The translations under genes and the position numbers were made by a program. The notes under the pieces were generated by a model. It saw only the letters and a list, made by a program, of their open reading frames with translations, was not told where the DNA came from and made no database searches. Of a DNA stretch of 64,000 nt, positions 9,539-19,921 are shown one piece after another. The DNA is from an uncultured Candidatus Sumerlaeota bacterium (lineage in GTDB: Bacteria; Sumerlaeota; Sumerlaeia; SLMS01; CAYUNT01), in the NCBI GenBank assembly GCA_964446285.1, contig CAYUNT010000002.1:32-64031 (forward strand), written 5' to 3'. Position 1 is the first letter of the stretch; each line of letters opens with the position of its first letter.

Positions 9539-10279
9539 TTACTCTTCTTCCATGCGGACTTGTTTGCGCGGCGTGCGCATCCACTCAATCCACAACCGCC
9601 ACGGATTCAGAACCGCCTCGAAAATGATCGCCTTGGACATCTTCGACTGTCCGCGCCGCCGCTCGGAATACACAATCGGTTCTTCGACCACGCGGCATCC
9701 AGCGCGGTGGACCCAAAATAGTGTTTCGACCAGGAACGAATAGCCGCGGCTGCGGATTTTGCGGCGCAAAATGGCCCGCAGCGCCCGCGCCTGGTAGCCG
9801 CGGAATCCGCTTGTGCAATCCGCATAGGGCATAAAGAGCGCCTTGCGGACGTATTGATTCGCGCCGAGGCTCAAGAGCAGACGGCTGATTTCCCAGTTGA
9901 GCACGCGCACGCCATCCACGAACCGCGAACCAATCGCCATGTCCGAGCCGCGCTCGAGCGCCGCGAATAGCTCGGGAATCGCCGCCGGGTCATGCGAAAA
10001 GTCCGCGTCGAGCGTCACCACATGATCGAAATGGTTATGAAGCGCCCAGGCAAATCCCTCGATCATTGCGAACCCGTATCCGCGCGGCCCTTTGCGCGAA
10101 AGCAGATTCACCGCTCCATCCCGGCGCGCCAGTTCCGCCACTTGCTCGCCTGTGCCGTCGGGCGAACGGTCGTCAGCGATAAGGATGGATGCCTGCGGAG
10201 CCACGGCGCGCAACCGCTCGATCAGCGGGCCGATGTTATCCGCCTCGTTGTATGTCGCGACAAGGATCAACTGCTTCAT
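9539..10279 (-). CDS. GT2 glycosyltransferase, polyprenol-phosphate mannose synthase (Dpm1-like)
   Basis: MKQLILVATYNEADNIGPLIERL... DDRSPDGTG motifs typical of dolichol-/polyprenol-phosphate mannosyltransferases. Start is taken at the internal ATG of track ORF 9539-10321. Confidence 0.8.
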   Translation of the reverse strand: MKQLILVATYNEADNIGPLIERLRAVAPQASILIADDRSPDGTGEQVAELARRDGAVNLLSRKGPRGYGFAMIEGFAWALHNHFDHVVTLDADFSHDPAAIPELFAALERGSDMAIGSRFVDGVRVLNWEISRLLLSLGANQYVRKALFMPYADCTSGFRGYQARALRAILRRKIRSRGYSFLVETLFWVHRAGCRVVEEPIVYSERRRGQSKMSKAIIFEAVLNPWRLWIEWMRTPRKQVRMEEE

Positions 10280-10301
10280 TTTCGCCCGTTTCGCCCGCGC
10301 C

Positions 10302-11462
10302 TTACTGGCCGAGCAGCACAAGATTGTCGCGGTGGATCACCTCGGGATAGTCGAGGTGCCCGAGGACCTTTTCGATCTCGGCGGTTTTCAGTCCGCGGAT
10401 GCGCGCGCACTGCTCGCTCGAGAAATTCACCAGACCCTTGGCGAGCGCCGTTCCCTCGCCGTCGCACACCTCGACCACATCGCCCTTCTCGAACTCGCCC
10501 GCCACGTCCGTGACTCCGACGGCGAGAAGGCTTTTGTTGCCCTGAAGCAAAGCGCGCCGCGCCCCATCGTCGATCATGAGCCGCCGTCCGCGCGCCGAAC
10601 AGGCGAAAATCCAGCGGTCTCGCGCGTCCATGCGGGCGCCCGATTCCTCGCCCGGCACAAACAGCGTTCCCATTTCCTGTCCGGCGGCGATTCCGGCCAG
10701 CACGCCCGGCCGCGCGCCGTTGGCGATAACGACCGTCACGCCCGCCATCGTAGCCGCGCGCGCCGCCTCGAGTTTCGACGACATGCCGCCGCTGCCGAAC
10801 TTCGATTGTCCGCGCATCCGCGCCGGGGCGAACGCTTGCGTCTTGCCATACTCCACAAGCGGCACCAATTGGGCGCTCGCATCCTCGTGCGGATTGGCGT
10901 TCATCAGTCCCTCGACGTTGGTCAGGATAATCAGCAAGTCCGCCTTTATTTTCGAGGCGATCAGCGCCGAGAGGCCGTCGTTATCGCCAAACTTCAATTC
11001 ATCAATCGTCACAGTGTCGTTTTCGTTAATGATTGGCAGCACGCGGTCGCGCAAGAGCGTCTTGAGCGTATATTCGGCGTTGAGGTATCGGCGGCGGTCT
11101 TCCATATCCTCGCGCGTAAGCAGGATTTGCGCGATGTTGATGTCATACGCCTCAAAAATGGACGAATACACATGCATGAGCCGGCATTGGCCGATGGCCG
11201 CCAGCGCCTGCTTTTCCGGAATGGATTTGGGTTTTTCCTCGCGCCCCATCAGGCCGATGCCGCACGACACCGCGCCGGAGGTAACGTAAACCACTTCAAT
11301 TCCGCCGTGGATGAATGTGGCCATTTCGAGCGCCAAGCGGTTAATCAGGCGCACATTCAGCTTCCCCCGCCCTTCCGAAAGGACGTTCGACCCGCACTTC
11401 ACTACAAGGCGGTGGATAGGGCGGCTGGCAAATGGCCAGAATGGACGATGCGGTTTGGTCAT
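10302..11462 (-). CDS. proB: glutamate 5-kinase with C-terminal PUA domain
   Basis: LVVKCGSNVLSEG N-terminus, amino-acid-kinase fold and a PUA-like C-terminus. Start is taken at MTKPH inside the longer track ORF. Conserved obg-proB gene order. Confidence 0.88.
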   Translation of the reverse strand: MTKPHRPFWPFASRPIHRLVVKCGSNVLSEGRGKLNVRLINRLALEMATFIHGGIEVVYVTSGAVSCGIGLMGREEKPKSIPEKQALAAIGQCRLMHVYSSIFEAYDINIAQILLTREDMEDRRRYLNAEYTLKTLLRDRVLPIINENDTVTIDELKFGDNDGLSALIASKIKADLLIILTNVEGLMNANPHEDASAQLVPLVEYGKTQAFAPARMRGQSKFGSGGMSSKLEAARAATMAGVTVVIANGARPGVLAGIAAGQEMGTLFVPGEESGARMDARDRWIFACSARGRRLMIDDGARRALLQGNKSLLAVGVTDVAGEFEKGDVVEVCDGEGTALAKGLVNFSSEQCARIRGLKTAEIEKVLGHLDYPEVIHRDNLVLLGQ

Positions 11463-11832
11463 TGAGGATACCTTTTCAAGTGACTGGATTGCAGCGTTTC
11501 TGCGACAAAGGAGTGATATGGTATGGATGCTTTTTCTGAAGCGCCGCAGGCGCGGCAAGGAAATAGCCCAAGGCAAGCGAAGCGCCGCCCTGGGAAGGCT
11601 CCCCCAAAATCCAAAGCCCTGACAGGGCGAAAAGATTCCTTCGGATGCCGCCCACATTCCATGCGCCAGGATGATGCGCACATGAATTGGAGGAAAACCA
11701 GGGTCCTGACGCCCCTTTCGGGGCTGGACATCTTTTATCGCTGTCTTCCCAGGGCGTTGCCCTGGGCTTTTTCCTTATCGCGCCTTTGGCGCTCAAGAAT
11801 TGGCACGGCATTTTCTCTGCACTCCAGTCTGA

Positions 11833-12972
11833 TTATCCGTCTTTGTGATCCAACGAATCCCGCAATTCCGAGCCCTCTGGCGGATTTGCGGCCACGGGCG
11901 GTACCGACCCTTCGGCGTTCGTGACGTTGATTGCACTCAACTTATCATAAATCAGCTCACGCAGTTTCTCTATGTTTGTTCCAGCCTGCGCGGAAATAAC
12001 AAGCAGAGGAATCCCCCGGCGCTGAAAGGCCCGTTTCACGGATTTCAACGTCTCCTGGCTTAGCAAATCCGCCTTGTTCAAGCAAACCACTGTGGGCTTT
12101 TGCCCCAGAGCCTCGGAATACTGCGCCAGCTCCTCACGCACGAGCGCGTAGGAATACACAAGGTCCTCGATGAGGCGTTTTCGCGCCGGAACATCCTCGG
12201 GTTCGCCCACGCCGTCGGGCGGGCTGACCAGGTGGACAATCAGGCGGGTGCGTTCGATGTGGCGTAAAAACCGGTCGCCCAGCCCCGCCCCTGTGTGCGC
12301 CCCCTCGATCAGCCCCGGAATATCCGCAATCGTCACAGGATGCGCCAGCGACTCATCGACCATCACACCCAGATTGGGATGAATTGTTGTAAATGGATAC
12401 GCGGCGATTTTGGGATGGGCGCTCGTGACAGCCGCAAGCAGCGTGGATTTTCCCGCGTTCGGAAGGCCCACAACCCCAATATCCGCAATGGCCTTCAGTT
12501 CGAGGATCAGATTGCGTTCCTCGCCGGGTTCGCCGAATTCAAACTCGCGGGGCGTGCGGTTGGTCGAGGTGGCGAACGACTCGTTTCCGCGCCCGCCGCG
12601 CCCGCCGCGCGCCACAAGAACGCGCTGACCCGCCCGCGTCACGTCGCCCAGTTCCGCGCCCGAGTCCGCGTCAATCACGCAAGTCCCCAGCGGAACGCGC
12701 AGAACGATGTCCTCGCCCGAATGGCCCGCCTTGTTAAAATTAGCCCCTTTATCGCCTGGGCGCGCCTGGATGAGCGAACGCATCTTGAAATCGAGCAGCG
12801 TCACCATCGAGGCATCGCCCTCGAAGTAGATGCTTCCCCCCGTGCCCCCGTGCCCCCCGGCCGGGCCTCCTTCGGGAACATATTTTTCGCGCCGGAATGC
12901 CACTGCCCCATCGCCGCCATTGCCCGCCTTAACGTGCACACGCACAAAATCAACAAAATGAGAATGTTTCAT
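11833..12972 (-). CDS. obg: GTPase Obg/CgtA
   Basis: Obg fold N-terminus (FVDFVRVHVKAGNGGDGAVAFRREKYVPEGGPAGGHGGTGGSIYF) and G-domain GLPNAGKST. Start is taken at MKHSHF; the track ORF extends to 13119. Confidence 0.9.
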   Translation of the reverse strand: MKHSHFVDFVRVHVKAGNGGDGAVAFRREKYVPEGGPAGGHGGTGGSIYFEGDASMVTLLDFKMRSLIQARPGDKGANFNKAGHSGEDIVLRVPLGTCVIDADSGAELGDVTRAGQRVLVARGGRGGRGNESFATSTNRTPREFEFGEPGEERNLILELKAIADIGVVGLPNAGKSTLLAAVTSAHPKIAAYPFTTIHPNLGVMVDESLAHPVTIADIPGLIEGAHTGAGLGDRFLRHIERTRLIVHLVSPPDGVGEPEDVPARKRLIEDLVYSYALVREELAQYSEALGQKPTVVCLNKADLLSQETLKSVKRAFQRRGIPLLVISAQAGTNIEKLRELIYDKLSAINVTNAEGSVPPVAANPPEGSELRDSLDHKDG

Positions 12973-13188
12973 AATGGCGCCTGTTGTCTTTCGAGCTCCG
13001 GCTCTCTGGTTCCCTGGATTGCGTTTCCGGGCGGCAATATCTTTTCCGTTTCCGCCACCTGGAGCGGCGCGCCCGCTGGATGCGCGGGCTTGATCTAGCA
13101 CTTTCTCCGCCCACGCCAAACGCCGTCAATGGCGAAGCGCGTGTTACGAAATGACCGGGCGGCATCTTGACACAGTTTCCAACAAACC

Positions 13189-13272
13189 GGGAAAAAGCCC
13201 CGTCACCTCGTTCCGGGTTCTGCATACGCGGATGCGTCCTGGATCACTCTTTATGCAGAACCCCGAACGCAG
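13189..13272. repeat. long-stem imperfect hairpin element, copy 2
   Basis: gccccgtcacctcgttccgggttctgca ... tgcagaaccccgaacgcagtaaggggg. The arms match copy 1 (4031-4115) and the loop differs. Confidence 0.6.
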
Positions 13273-13577
13273 TAAGGGGGTGAAAGCGGTTTGGGTCGGC
13301 AATAGTGTCAAGATACGCCCCAAATGACCAAACCGTATCCCCGCGCAAATACCGTTAAGTTTGAATAAAGCCGCGGGCAAACGGACAAAACCTCTTGATA
13401 GATTGTCACGATTCGGCATAAAGGCAAAAGCGAGATGTGGGGCGGCTGTGTCTTGCGATTCTATATGATCGAGGAACCATTCTGCCGAAAAGGGATGTGC
13501 GTGGGGTAACTCGAAGAGGGTAGAATCATGCCAGACCGGTTCGCCCGCCGATTTTTATCATAAGGAGTCTCGGAATC

Positions 13578-14741
13578 ATGAAGAAAACTTTGATCCTTGT
13601 CCTGTCACTGGCGGCCATGCTGTCGCTTACGACGCTGGCCAGCGCCGCGGATTTGCAATGGTCGGTGCTGGTTCCCGAAGCCACTATTCTAGCGGCCACG
13701 GGTGAAACCGGCTTCTCCGCCGGTTCTCTTTCCGTGAACAGCGCTGGCGTAATTGCGATGTAGGAGCGCACTTCCACCCACAAAGTTCTGCTGATTGACG
13801 CCAGCAACAACGTGACCCTGATCGCGACCGCGGTCCAGATTGCCGCCGCCATCGGCACCGCCAACGGAACCACGGATGACCCAATTGCCCTGCAAATCAA
13901 CATTCAGACTGTTCGATTCAATGCCGATGGCAACATTATCGTCTATACGCGCAATTCCGCCGGCACAGATGCCCAGGGCGATCAGGGAACGCTGCTGGCT
14001 ATCGAGCCGACCGCTCCCTACACGATCCATGTCCTCGCCACAGCCAAAAACGGCGGCAACACGCCGGTTCCGGGCGGCATGGGCATGGTTATGAACGGCA
14101 ACACGGCCTACATTCTGAACGACAACTACTATTTCCCGAACCTGGCGGAAGGCATTTATGCAATTTCCACTTCGCCCGTTGTTGATGACGGTTCGAAGAC
14201 CACGACGCTGATCGTCGATAGCGCCGCGCTGCAGGCCGCCAGCGGCGATTCCTCATCGGCTCTGGCCCTGAGCGACGGCGTTATGCTCGACGCCAACACG
14301 ATGATCCTCATTAACAGCGGCGTCACCGCCTCCAATGACAATTTGGTAAAAGTGGACCTCTCTGGAACGCCGACTGCTTCGCTGTATGTGGCGGCGACCG
14401 ACATTGAGGCCGACCTCGGCACGACGGACGTGGGCTTTACGGCCATCACCGCCGATCCTTCCGGCAAGGTGTATCTGCACAATTACTATGGCAACAGCAC
14501 GTTCGATGACGGCGTGGTCATCCTCAGCAACATCGTTCCACCCAACGCCGACGCGGCAATCGAACTCGAAACCAAAATCGCGACCGACCTCGGCGGAACC
14601 GACTTCAATAGCGGCGGATGGGACTCGCTGGCCTATAGCTCGGTTCGCGGCGGCGTTTTGATGCTGTCTGGCGGCACAGGCTGCAAGGGCGTTGTCCGCT
14701 GCGCGCCTGTTTCCGCCGTCAGCGACTGGACGCTTTACTAA
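13578..14741 (+). pseudogene. secreted repetitive protein gene carrying one in-frame TAG (signal-peptide exon 13578-13763 plus body 13812-14741 in the same frame); possible pseudogene, readthrough or base-call error
   Basis: An AAGGAG Shine-Dalgarno precedes the ATG at 13578. A signal peptide (MKKTLILVLSLAAMLSLTTLASA) is followed by a TAG at 13761-13763, and the frame continues open for 16 codons into the 309-aa ORF, which has no signal peptide of its own. A rho-independent terminator follows the gene. Confidence 0.5.
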
Positions 14742-14857
14742 GATCAAGAACCTTGCGCGGACTGCGCCCCCGGCTCCCTGCGCCTGACCCGAATACGGCA
14801 GGCAGCGCCCGCCGCCAGAGGCAAATCCCGCGCGACACCGCAACGTGAAAACAACCT

Positions 14858-14896
14858 GGCCCGGGACGGCATCGCAACCGTCCCGGGCCTTTTTAT
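14858..14896 (+). terminator. intrinsic terminator (ggcccgggacgg-catcgcaa-ccgtcccgggcc plus TTTTTATT)
   Basis: A 12-bp GC stem followed by a T-run, just downstream of the secreted-protein gene. Confidence 0.65.
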
Positions 14897-14939
14897 TGTT
14901 CTCCCTATGTCTCGCGCTGTTCCTGGGATTGTCTTGGAA

Positions 14940-16202
14940 TCAGCGAATTTTTGATTCGTTCGGGCCGGTCCAAAGCAGCAGGGGGCGCACGTGTTTCCCT
15001 CCGCGCCCCGCGACGCTCTTTTCCGTCGGCTGCGGACGCCACCCGGCCTCGACCATGCTTTCGGTCTCTTCCCAGGGCTTGATGCCGCTCAGCGCGTCCA
15101 TCGCCGTCACATTGCACGCGCCGACGGCGTTGGCCATTTGCAGCGACCGCTCGAAGGCGCATCCGCGCAGGAACGACGCGATGAATCCCGCAATCGCCGA
15201 GTCGCCCGAGCCGGTCGCCGATGCCACCGGGTCCACCAGAAATGTCCCATGCCACAGCTCGCGCGCGCTCCAGTCATCGAGTCGATCCGCGCCGAGGTTG
15301 GGGATTTTCGCCATGACCTCGCGCGATGCGGTGCGGCCGTAAATTCCGCGCCACCCGCATTTGATGACGGCCACTTTCGCGCCCAAATCGAGCAGCCGCC
15401 CGCCGAGCCGTGTCAAATCTTCGGCCGTAAAGGAATCCAGCAGCGCCCGCCCCTCGCGCCGCGCCCGGTCGTGGCGCGCCATGAACTCCTCGCGCTCGAG
15501 CATGAACAGCATTTCCTCCGCGCTGGGCAAAAATAAATCCAGATACGGAATCGTCCGCTCCAGCACCTTGCGCCAATCCACGCGCCCTGAAGGGGCTGCC
15601 GGGTCGGGCAAGGCCATGTCGAGGCTGGTCGAAACGTGCGGGTGGCGCTCCTTGATGCGGCGGAAAATTTCGGTCAGTTCCGCGCCGTCGTTTTCGTAAA
15701 GGCGCTTCATCAGGGGCGGATAGCCGAGGTGAAAATGGCGCGAACGGCCCACGACCTCGTAATTCACGTCGTCGGCGCCGTAAGTGTTATTCGTGCCGGG
15801 GCAATGGAGGAACATGCGGTCGATGCCGGGAGGCGCGAGGACGATGGTGTAAGAAGTCTGTTCGCCCGCGACGCGAACCATGCTTTTGTCCAGGCCGCGC
15901 TGCGCCAGAAGCTCCAGAAGGCCTTTGGCGAAGAAGTCATCGCCCACCTTGCCCATCAACTCGACTTTCATCCCGAGCGTGCGCAGGTTGATGCCTGTGT
16001 TCGAGACCGGCCCGCCCGAAGACATGACGACCTCTCCCATTTGAGTGAGTTTTCCGGGGCGGAAGATGTCCTCAAAGGCCACCTCGCCGCGTTTGAAAGG
16101 GAAATGGGGAATGACGTCGAGGCAGATGTGTCCGGCGACAACGACGTCAACAGGGTTCTTTGGCGCTTTAGGCGATTTGGGCGGTTTCGAAGACGGGGTC
16201 AT
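14940..16202 (-). CDS. PfkB-family carbohydrate kinase
   Basis: Ribokinase-like N-terminal motif (VVVAGHICLDVIP) and C-terminal motif (GAGDSAIAGFIASFLRG). Start is taken at MTPSSKPP inside the track ORF. Confidence 0.8.
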   Translation of the reverse strand: MTPSSKPPKSPKAPKNPVDVVVAGHICLDVIPHFPFKRGEVAFEDIFRPGKLTQMGEVVMSSGGPVSNTGINLRTLGMKVELMGKVGDDFFAKGLLELLAQRGLDKSMVRVAGEQTSYTIVLAPPGIDRMFLHCPGTNNTYGADDVNYEVVGRSRHFHLGYPPLMKRLYENDGAELTEIFRRIKERHPHVSTSLDMALPDPAAPSGRVDWRKVLERTIPYLDLFLPSAEEMLFMLEREEFMARHDRARREGRALLDSFTAEDLTRLGGRLLDLGAKVAVIKCGWRGIYGRTASREVMAKIPNLGADRLDDWSARELWHGTFLVDPVASATGSGDSAIAGFIASFLRGCAFERSLQMANAVGACNVTAMDALSGIKPWEETESMVEAGWRPQPTEKSVAGRGGKHVRPLLLWTGPNESKIR

Positions 16203-16429
16203 GGTTTGGTGTCTCCCAGAAAAGGCAGATAAGATAAGAGCGGACGCAAGCGATTGCGTGATTTGAGGAGTTTGGCGTGGCCGTGCAGCAACAAATGGCG
16301 GAGCCAACAAAAAATCATCCGCACGTCCGCGTCATTGCAATCGCTTACATTGTCTCCCTGCCGCGCGTCCATCCTTAAAATTGCATCGCTGGCGGATTGC
16401 GCCTGATTCTTTTGTCTCACAAAACAGGC

Positions 16430-18064
16430 CTAATCGCGGCCGCGCGCGCGGCGGGCCGCCTGGAGCAATGGACCGAGGGCGACTTGTTTGTCCACACGCG
16501 TTTCGCCACGGCGCACATCGATGAACAGGACGATATGCCTGCCTGCCAGAGCTGCTTGTCCTTCGCGCACAGGAACAGGAACAGAAGCAGAAGCAGAAGA
16601 AGCAGACCCGAAGATCTGCCCCACTTTTTCTCGCTCTTCAGGTAGAGCGTTCCACAAAATTAGAGGCAATTGCGCAAAATCCGCTTCGGATTCTATTTGG
16701 GCGCGAACAGTCACAACTCCGCCCAAGCCGGCCCGATTGCTCCTGCTTTCCTGGCTCGCATCGCCTTCGTGGGCGGGCGCGGAGGATTCGGAGGAATTGG
16801 AAAAATTGGAGGACTCGTGGCGCGCGTCCAGAGCCAAAACCCGCGCCAAACGCATGGGGTTGGATTCGGGATAAACATCTTCCTCAGCGACGCGGGTGCG
16901 GGGCGTGAAGTCGAAAAACCGCCACGGCAGCGGCTCGCCCTCACTGGCGCACCACATCTGATTGGCGTCGTAATAGACGATTCCCGGCGGATATTTCTCG
17001 CCTTTGGCTGGCCAGTCCGCAGGTTTCTGCACGTCCCCATACCAGACTACGCTCTCGTGGCATCGCAGGTGGTCTTCGAGAAGCATCATCTGGGCGGGAT
17101 GTTGTGCCGCTCCATAGCGCAAATTGAGCCAGGCCGCCACCTCATCGAGCGTCGCCGGGGTTGCCTCGCCCGGCGTCGCATCCAGGAACCGCCGCAGCAA
17201 ATCGGCGTTTTCGGGAAAGTGGCAATCGTGGTCTTCCTGGTGCATGAGGAAGCAGAATGCGTCGTTGAGCGCGGGCGGGGAAAGCGAAGGTCCTTCCTGG
17301 ATGAACCAGTCTGCGTTTTGCGGCGGGAAATTCCCGCGATAGCCTCGGAAAAAATCGCGCCAGTAATCGGGCTGCTCGAACATGATGCGCGACGCGCGCT
17401 GGTCGTCGGGATCGGTAGAAAAAATCACCGCGCCGCTCGGGCCGCTGTCGGGCGAATGGAAGCTCAGGAGCGCGTCGCGAGCCGTCCACTGGACCATCCA
17501 CAGGCGCGCCGGATGTCCCGCCGGGATGCGGAAATTCCCGCGGTCGGGTTTGTAGATGTCCCAAGGGCACCCGCGATGGAACATGCTTGTGTCGCAGGTG
17601 CGGTGATCGAACCCGACGCCCCAGAGGCACTCAAAACCCAGTTGATACGCGGCTTCGGTGAACTTCGATCCCACGCTTCCGATGAACTGGTCGATGGCAA
17701 GTGTCGCCGTGTAAAAATCGAAAAACGCTTCGGTGCGCCGGCGCGTCTCGCGCACAAGCGCCGTCACCTCCTCCTGCGATTTGGTAACGTTGTAATTCTC
17801 CGCCGAATGGTGGATGAAACTCGTCGGCATCACGCCGTAGTCGTCGCCGAATTCCAAACGCCAGCGCCGGATTGAGTCGTGCGCCTTGGCGGCCACTTTT
17901 TCGTCGATCAGCCACGTGATTGGGAGGCCTCGCTGGTGATACATCCGTTCGAGCTGGCGCAGTTTCGGCCAGGCGTCGCCTTCAAGCTCCAAGTTCTCCG
18001 GCGTTCCGCCAAACAGATAGCAAAGCGGGTCCCATCCATAGTGATAGTTGCTCGAAAGGACCAT
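16430..18064 (-). CDS. large conserved hypothetical protein (possibly carbohydrate-active); start uncertain, could extend to 18415 with a 200-aa Arg-rich disordered N-terminus coupled to nusB
   Basis: Long ORF with a globular-looking body (YHYGWDPLCYLFGG... HHSAENY...) and a low-complexity C-terminal SASASVPVPV tract. I cannot assign a family. Confidence 0.5.
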   Translation of the reverse strand: MVLSSNYHYGWDPLCYLFGGTPENLELEGDAWPKLRQLERMYHQRGLPITWLIDEKVAAKAHDSIRRWRLEFGDDYGVMPTSFIHHSAENYNVTKSQEEVTALVRETRRRTEAFFDFYTATLAIDQFIGSVGSKFTEAAYQLGFECLWGVGFDHRTCDTSMFHRGCPWDIYKPDRGNFRIPAGHPARLWMVQWTARDALLSFHSPDSGPSGAVIFSTDPDDQRASRIMFEQPDYWRDFFRGYRGNFPPQNADWFIQEGPSLSPPALNDAFCFLMHQEDHDCHFPENADLLRRFLDATPGEATPATLDEVAAWLNLRYGAAQHPAQMMLLEDHLRCHESVVWYGDVQKPADWPAKGEKYPPGIVYYDANQMWCASEGEPLPWRFFDFTPRTRVAEEDVYPESNPMRLARVLALDARHESSNFSNSSESSAPAHEGDASQESRSNRAGLGGVVTVRAQIESEADFAQLPLILWNALPEEREKVGQIFGSASSASASVPVPVREGQAALAGRHIVLFIDVRRGETRVDKQVALGPLLQAARRARGRD

Positions 18065-18411
18065 GCAAAGGAAAAACTCGCGCGGACGGAAAACCACGGC
18101 GGGAACAGTGAATTCGCGCCGCCCAATGCGCGCCCGCAACCGCCCGCGTCCGGGCCGGATGGCGCGCAACCCCACGCCCCACAGTGCGGGGGCATCCAGG
18201 CCTCCGCCAGATTCCACCCCCGCTGCTGCAACTGCTCCTTCCCCCTCTGCTTCTTCCGCGCGGCGCGGACGCGAATCCTCTTGCGGCGCAACGAAATCCG
18301 GCCATTCGATCCACTCGAAGGCAGGGCGGCGCGCCCGGCGGGCGGACCCGGCGCGAAAACGAAACTCGAATCGCATTCCGGCGATTCCCACCGCCTTGGA
18401 CGCCGTCTGGA

Positions 18412-18891
18412 TCATTTTTCTTCCTTTGCGTCTTTGCGCCTTTGCGGTGTCTCGCTCTCTTCGCCGCCGTTTCCGCCTTCTTCCTTGCGGAATTCGGCGA
18501 AAAGCGCGTCGAGAACGCCATTTACAAAGCGCCAGGCTTCCTCGTCGCCAAATTCGCGCGCCACTTCGATATATTCGTCGATGACCACGCGCGGCGGGGT
18601 GTCCTCGAAGTAAAACAACTCGGCGCAGGCGATGCGGAGCACGGCGCGATCGGTGGCGCAAAGCCGCTCAGGACGCCAGTTTTGCAGCGCGGCCTCGATG
18701 CGCGCGTCGATTTCTCGGATGTGTTCGAGCGCCGTGCGAACCAGCTGGAGCGAGCGGTCGGGCAGGGATTTTTTGCGTTCCGGCTCAAGCTGCGAATAGG
18801 CGCGCGCCGCTTCCTCGACGCTTTGGCGCGTATAGCCGATGGAATAGAGAAGTTGTATGGCAACGATGCGGGCGTAATGGCGTTTGGGCAC
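18412..18891 (-). CDS. nusB: transcription antitermination factor NusB
   Basis: NusB-like length and motifs (ARIVAIQLLYSI... DRAVLRIACAELFYFEDTPPRVVIDEYIEVAREFG). Confidence 0.85.
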   Translation of the reverse strand: MPKRHYARIVAIQLLYSIGYTRQSVEEAARAYSQLEPERKKSLPDRSLQLVRTALEHIREIDARIEAALQNWRPERLCATDRAVLRIACAELFYFEDTPPRVVIDEYIEVAREFGDEEAWRFVNGVLDALFAEFRKEEGGNGGEESETPQRRKDAKEEK

Positions 18892-19112
18892 GGCAGCTAA
18901 TATCCGGAATCAAGAAATTGAAAGTGGGAGCAAGACGCAAATAAAGGCCGCGCCGCTCCCGCTGGCGTTTGAAATGCAATCCCAGCGCCCCCTTCGCGCG
19001 CAAGCCGAGAAGACCTCTTTTTACCGCGAAAAACACAAAAGGAACGAAAAAAGACATGGAATTAAGGTATTCTTTTTCGTAATTTTCGCCTTTTTCATGC
19101 TTAATTCTTCTT

Positions 19113-19520
19113 CTATTCGGGCGGCGGCGCGGGGCGCAGCCAGGCGAGCGTCGCGCCCCATCCGCCGCGGCCGGCGGGCGCTTCGGCAAAGCGCTCGACC
19201 AGCGGATGGCGGCGCAGAATATCGTGAACCTGGCGGCGGATTTCGCCGATGCCGCGGCCATGAATGATGCGCACTTCGCGGAATCCGCGCGCGGCGGCCT
19301 GTTCGAGATACTCTTCCACCACGGCGCGCACATCGCGCGGGGCGAAAAAGTGCAAGTCGATGGCGTCCTCGATAGGCACCTCGACTATTTCTTCTTCGCC
19401 AGAATCCGCCGCATCCGGTCCATTTGCCTGAACCGGCGTTTCCTCTTGGCCGGGAGCGCGCTTGGCGTCTTCGATGCCGGAGTTTGGGTCAGACGCAGGT
19501 TGGAAAAAGGGAATCCGCAT
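19113..19520 (-). CDS. Smr domain-containing protein
   Basis: Smr signature region IDLHFFAPRDVRAVVEEYLEQAAARGFREVRIIHGRGIG. Confidence 0.75.
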   Translation of the reverse strand: MRIPFFQPASDPNSGIEDAKRAPGQEETPVQANGPDAADSGEEEIVEVPIEDAIDLHFFAPRDVRAVVEEYLEQAAARGFREVRIIHGRGIGEIRRQVHDILRRHPLVERFAEAPAGRGGWGATLAWLRPAPPPE

Positions 19521-19585
19521 AGGCAGAACTGATTCTCAGGGACTGACTCTCGGGGATTCTCGGGGACGGCAAGCTTATTGCGATG

Positions 19586-19921
19586 CTATCGTTGCTCGTG
19601 TTCTTCGGGCGATGGGCTGCCGAAGGCATTTGCCGCGCGCTGCTGCCATCGCACTGGGTCTCGTCTGAGATGCATGATGCCACCGACCAAGACATGATCG
19701 CCACGAACCTGATAAAGGACCCCGTATGGGAAACGGTCGGTAAGGCATCGACGCGAACGAAGGGAAAACACAGGCCACGCAGCGGGGTGATTCCGAATGC
19801 GCTCGAAAGCACGCTGCACCTCAGCGGCGAACTTGTATCCGAGGCCAGGGCATTGGCTGTTAAAATAGTCAACGGCCTCAGCCAACTCCGCCTCGGCACA
19901 AGACAAAACAAGGACCTTCAT
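19586..19921 (-). CDS. type II toxin-antitoxin system RelE/ParE-family toxin
   Basis: Length around 110 aa and C-terminal FPYGVLYQVRGDHVLVGGIMHLRRDP typical of ParE/RelE plasmid-stabilisation toxins. 4-bp overlap with the upstream antitoxin ORF. Confidence 0.8.
   Translation of the reverse strand: MKVLVLSCAEAELAEAVDYFNSQCPGLGYKFAAEVQRAFERIRNHPAAWPVFSLRSRRCLTDRFPYGVLYQVRGDHVLVGGIMHLRRDPVRWQQRAANAFGSPSPEEHEQR

Noticed and set aside
13761-13763. Possibility that TAG is reassigned to a sense codon genome-wide.
   Set aside because: TAG is the only stop available for two otherwise well-formed genes in the window (23812-24276 and 34032-34670). A global code change is therefore unlikely. The single in-frame TAG is kept as a local anomaly.
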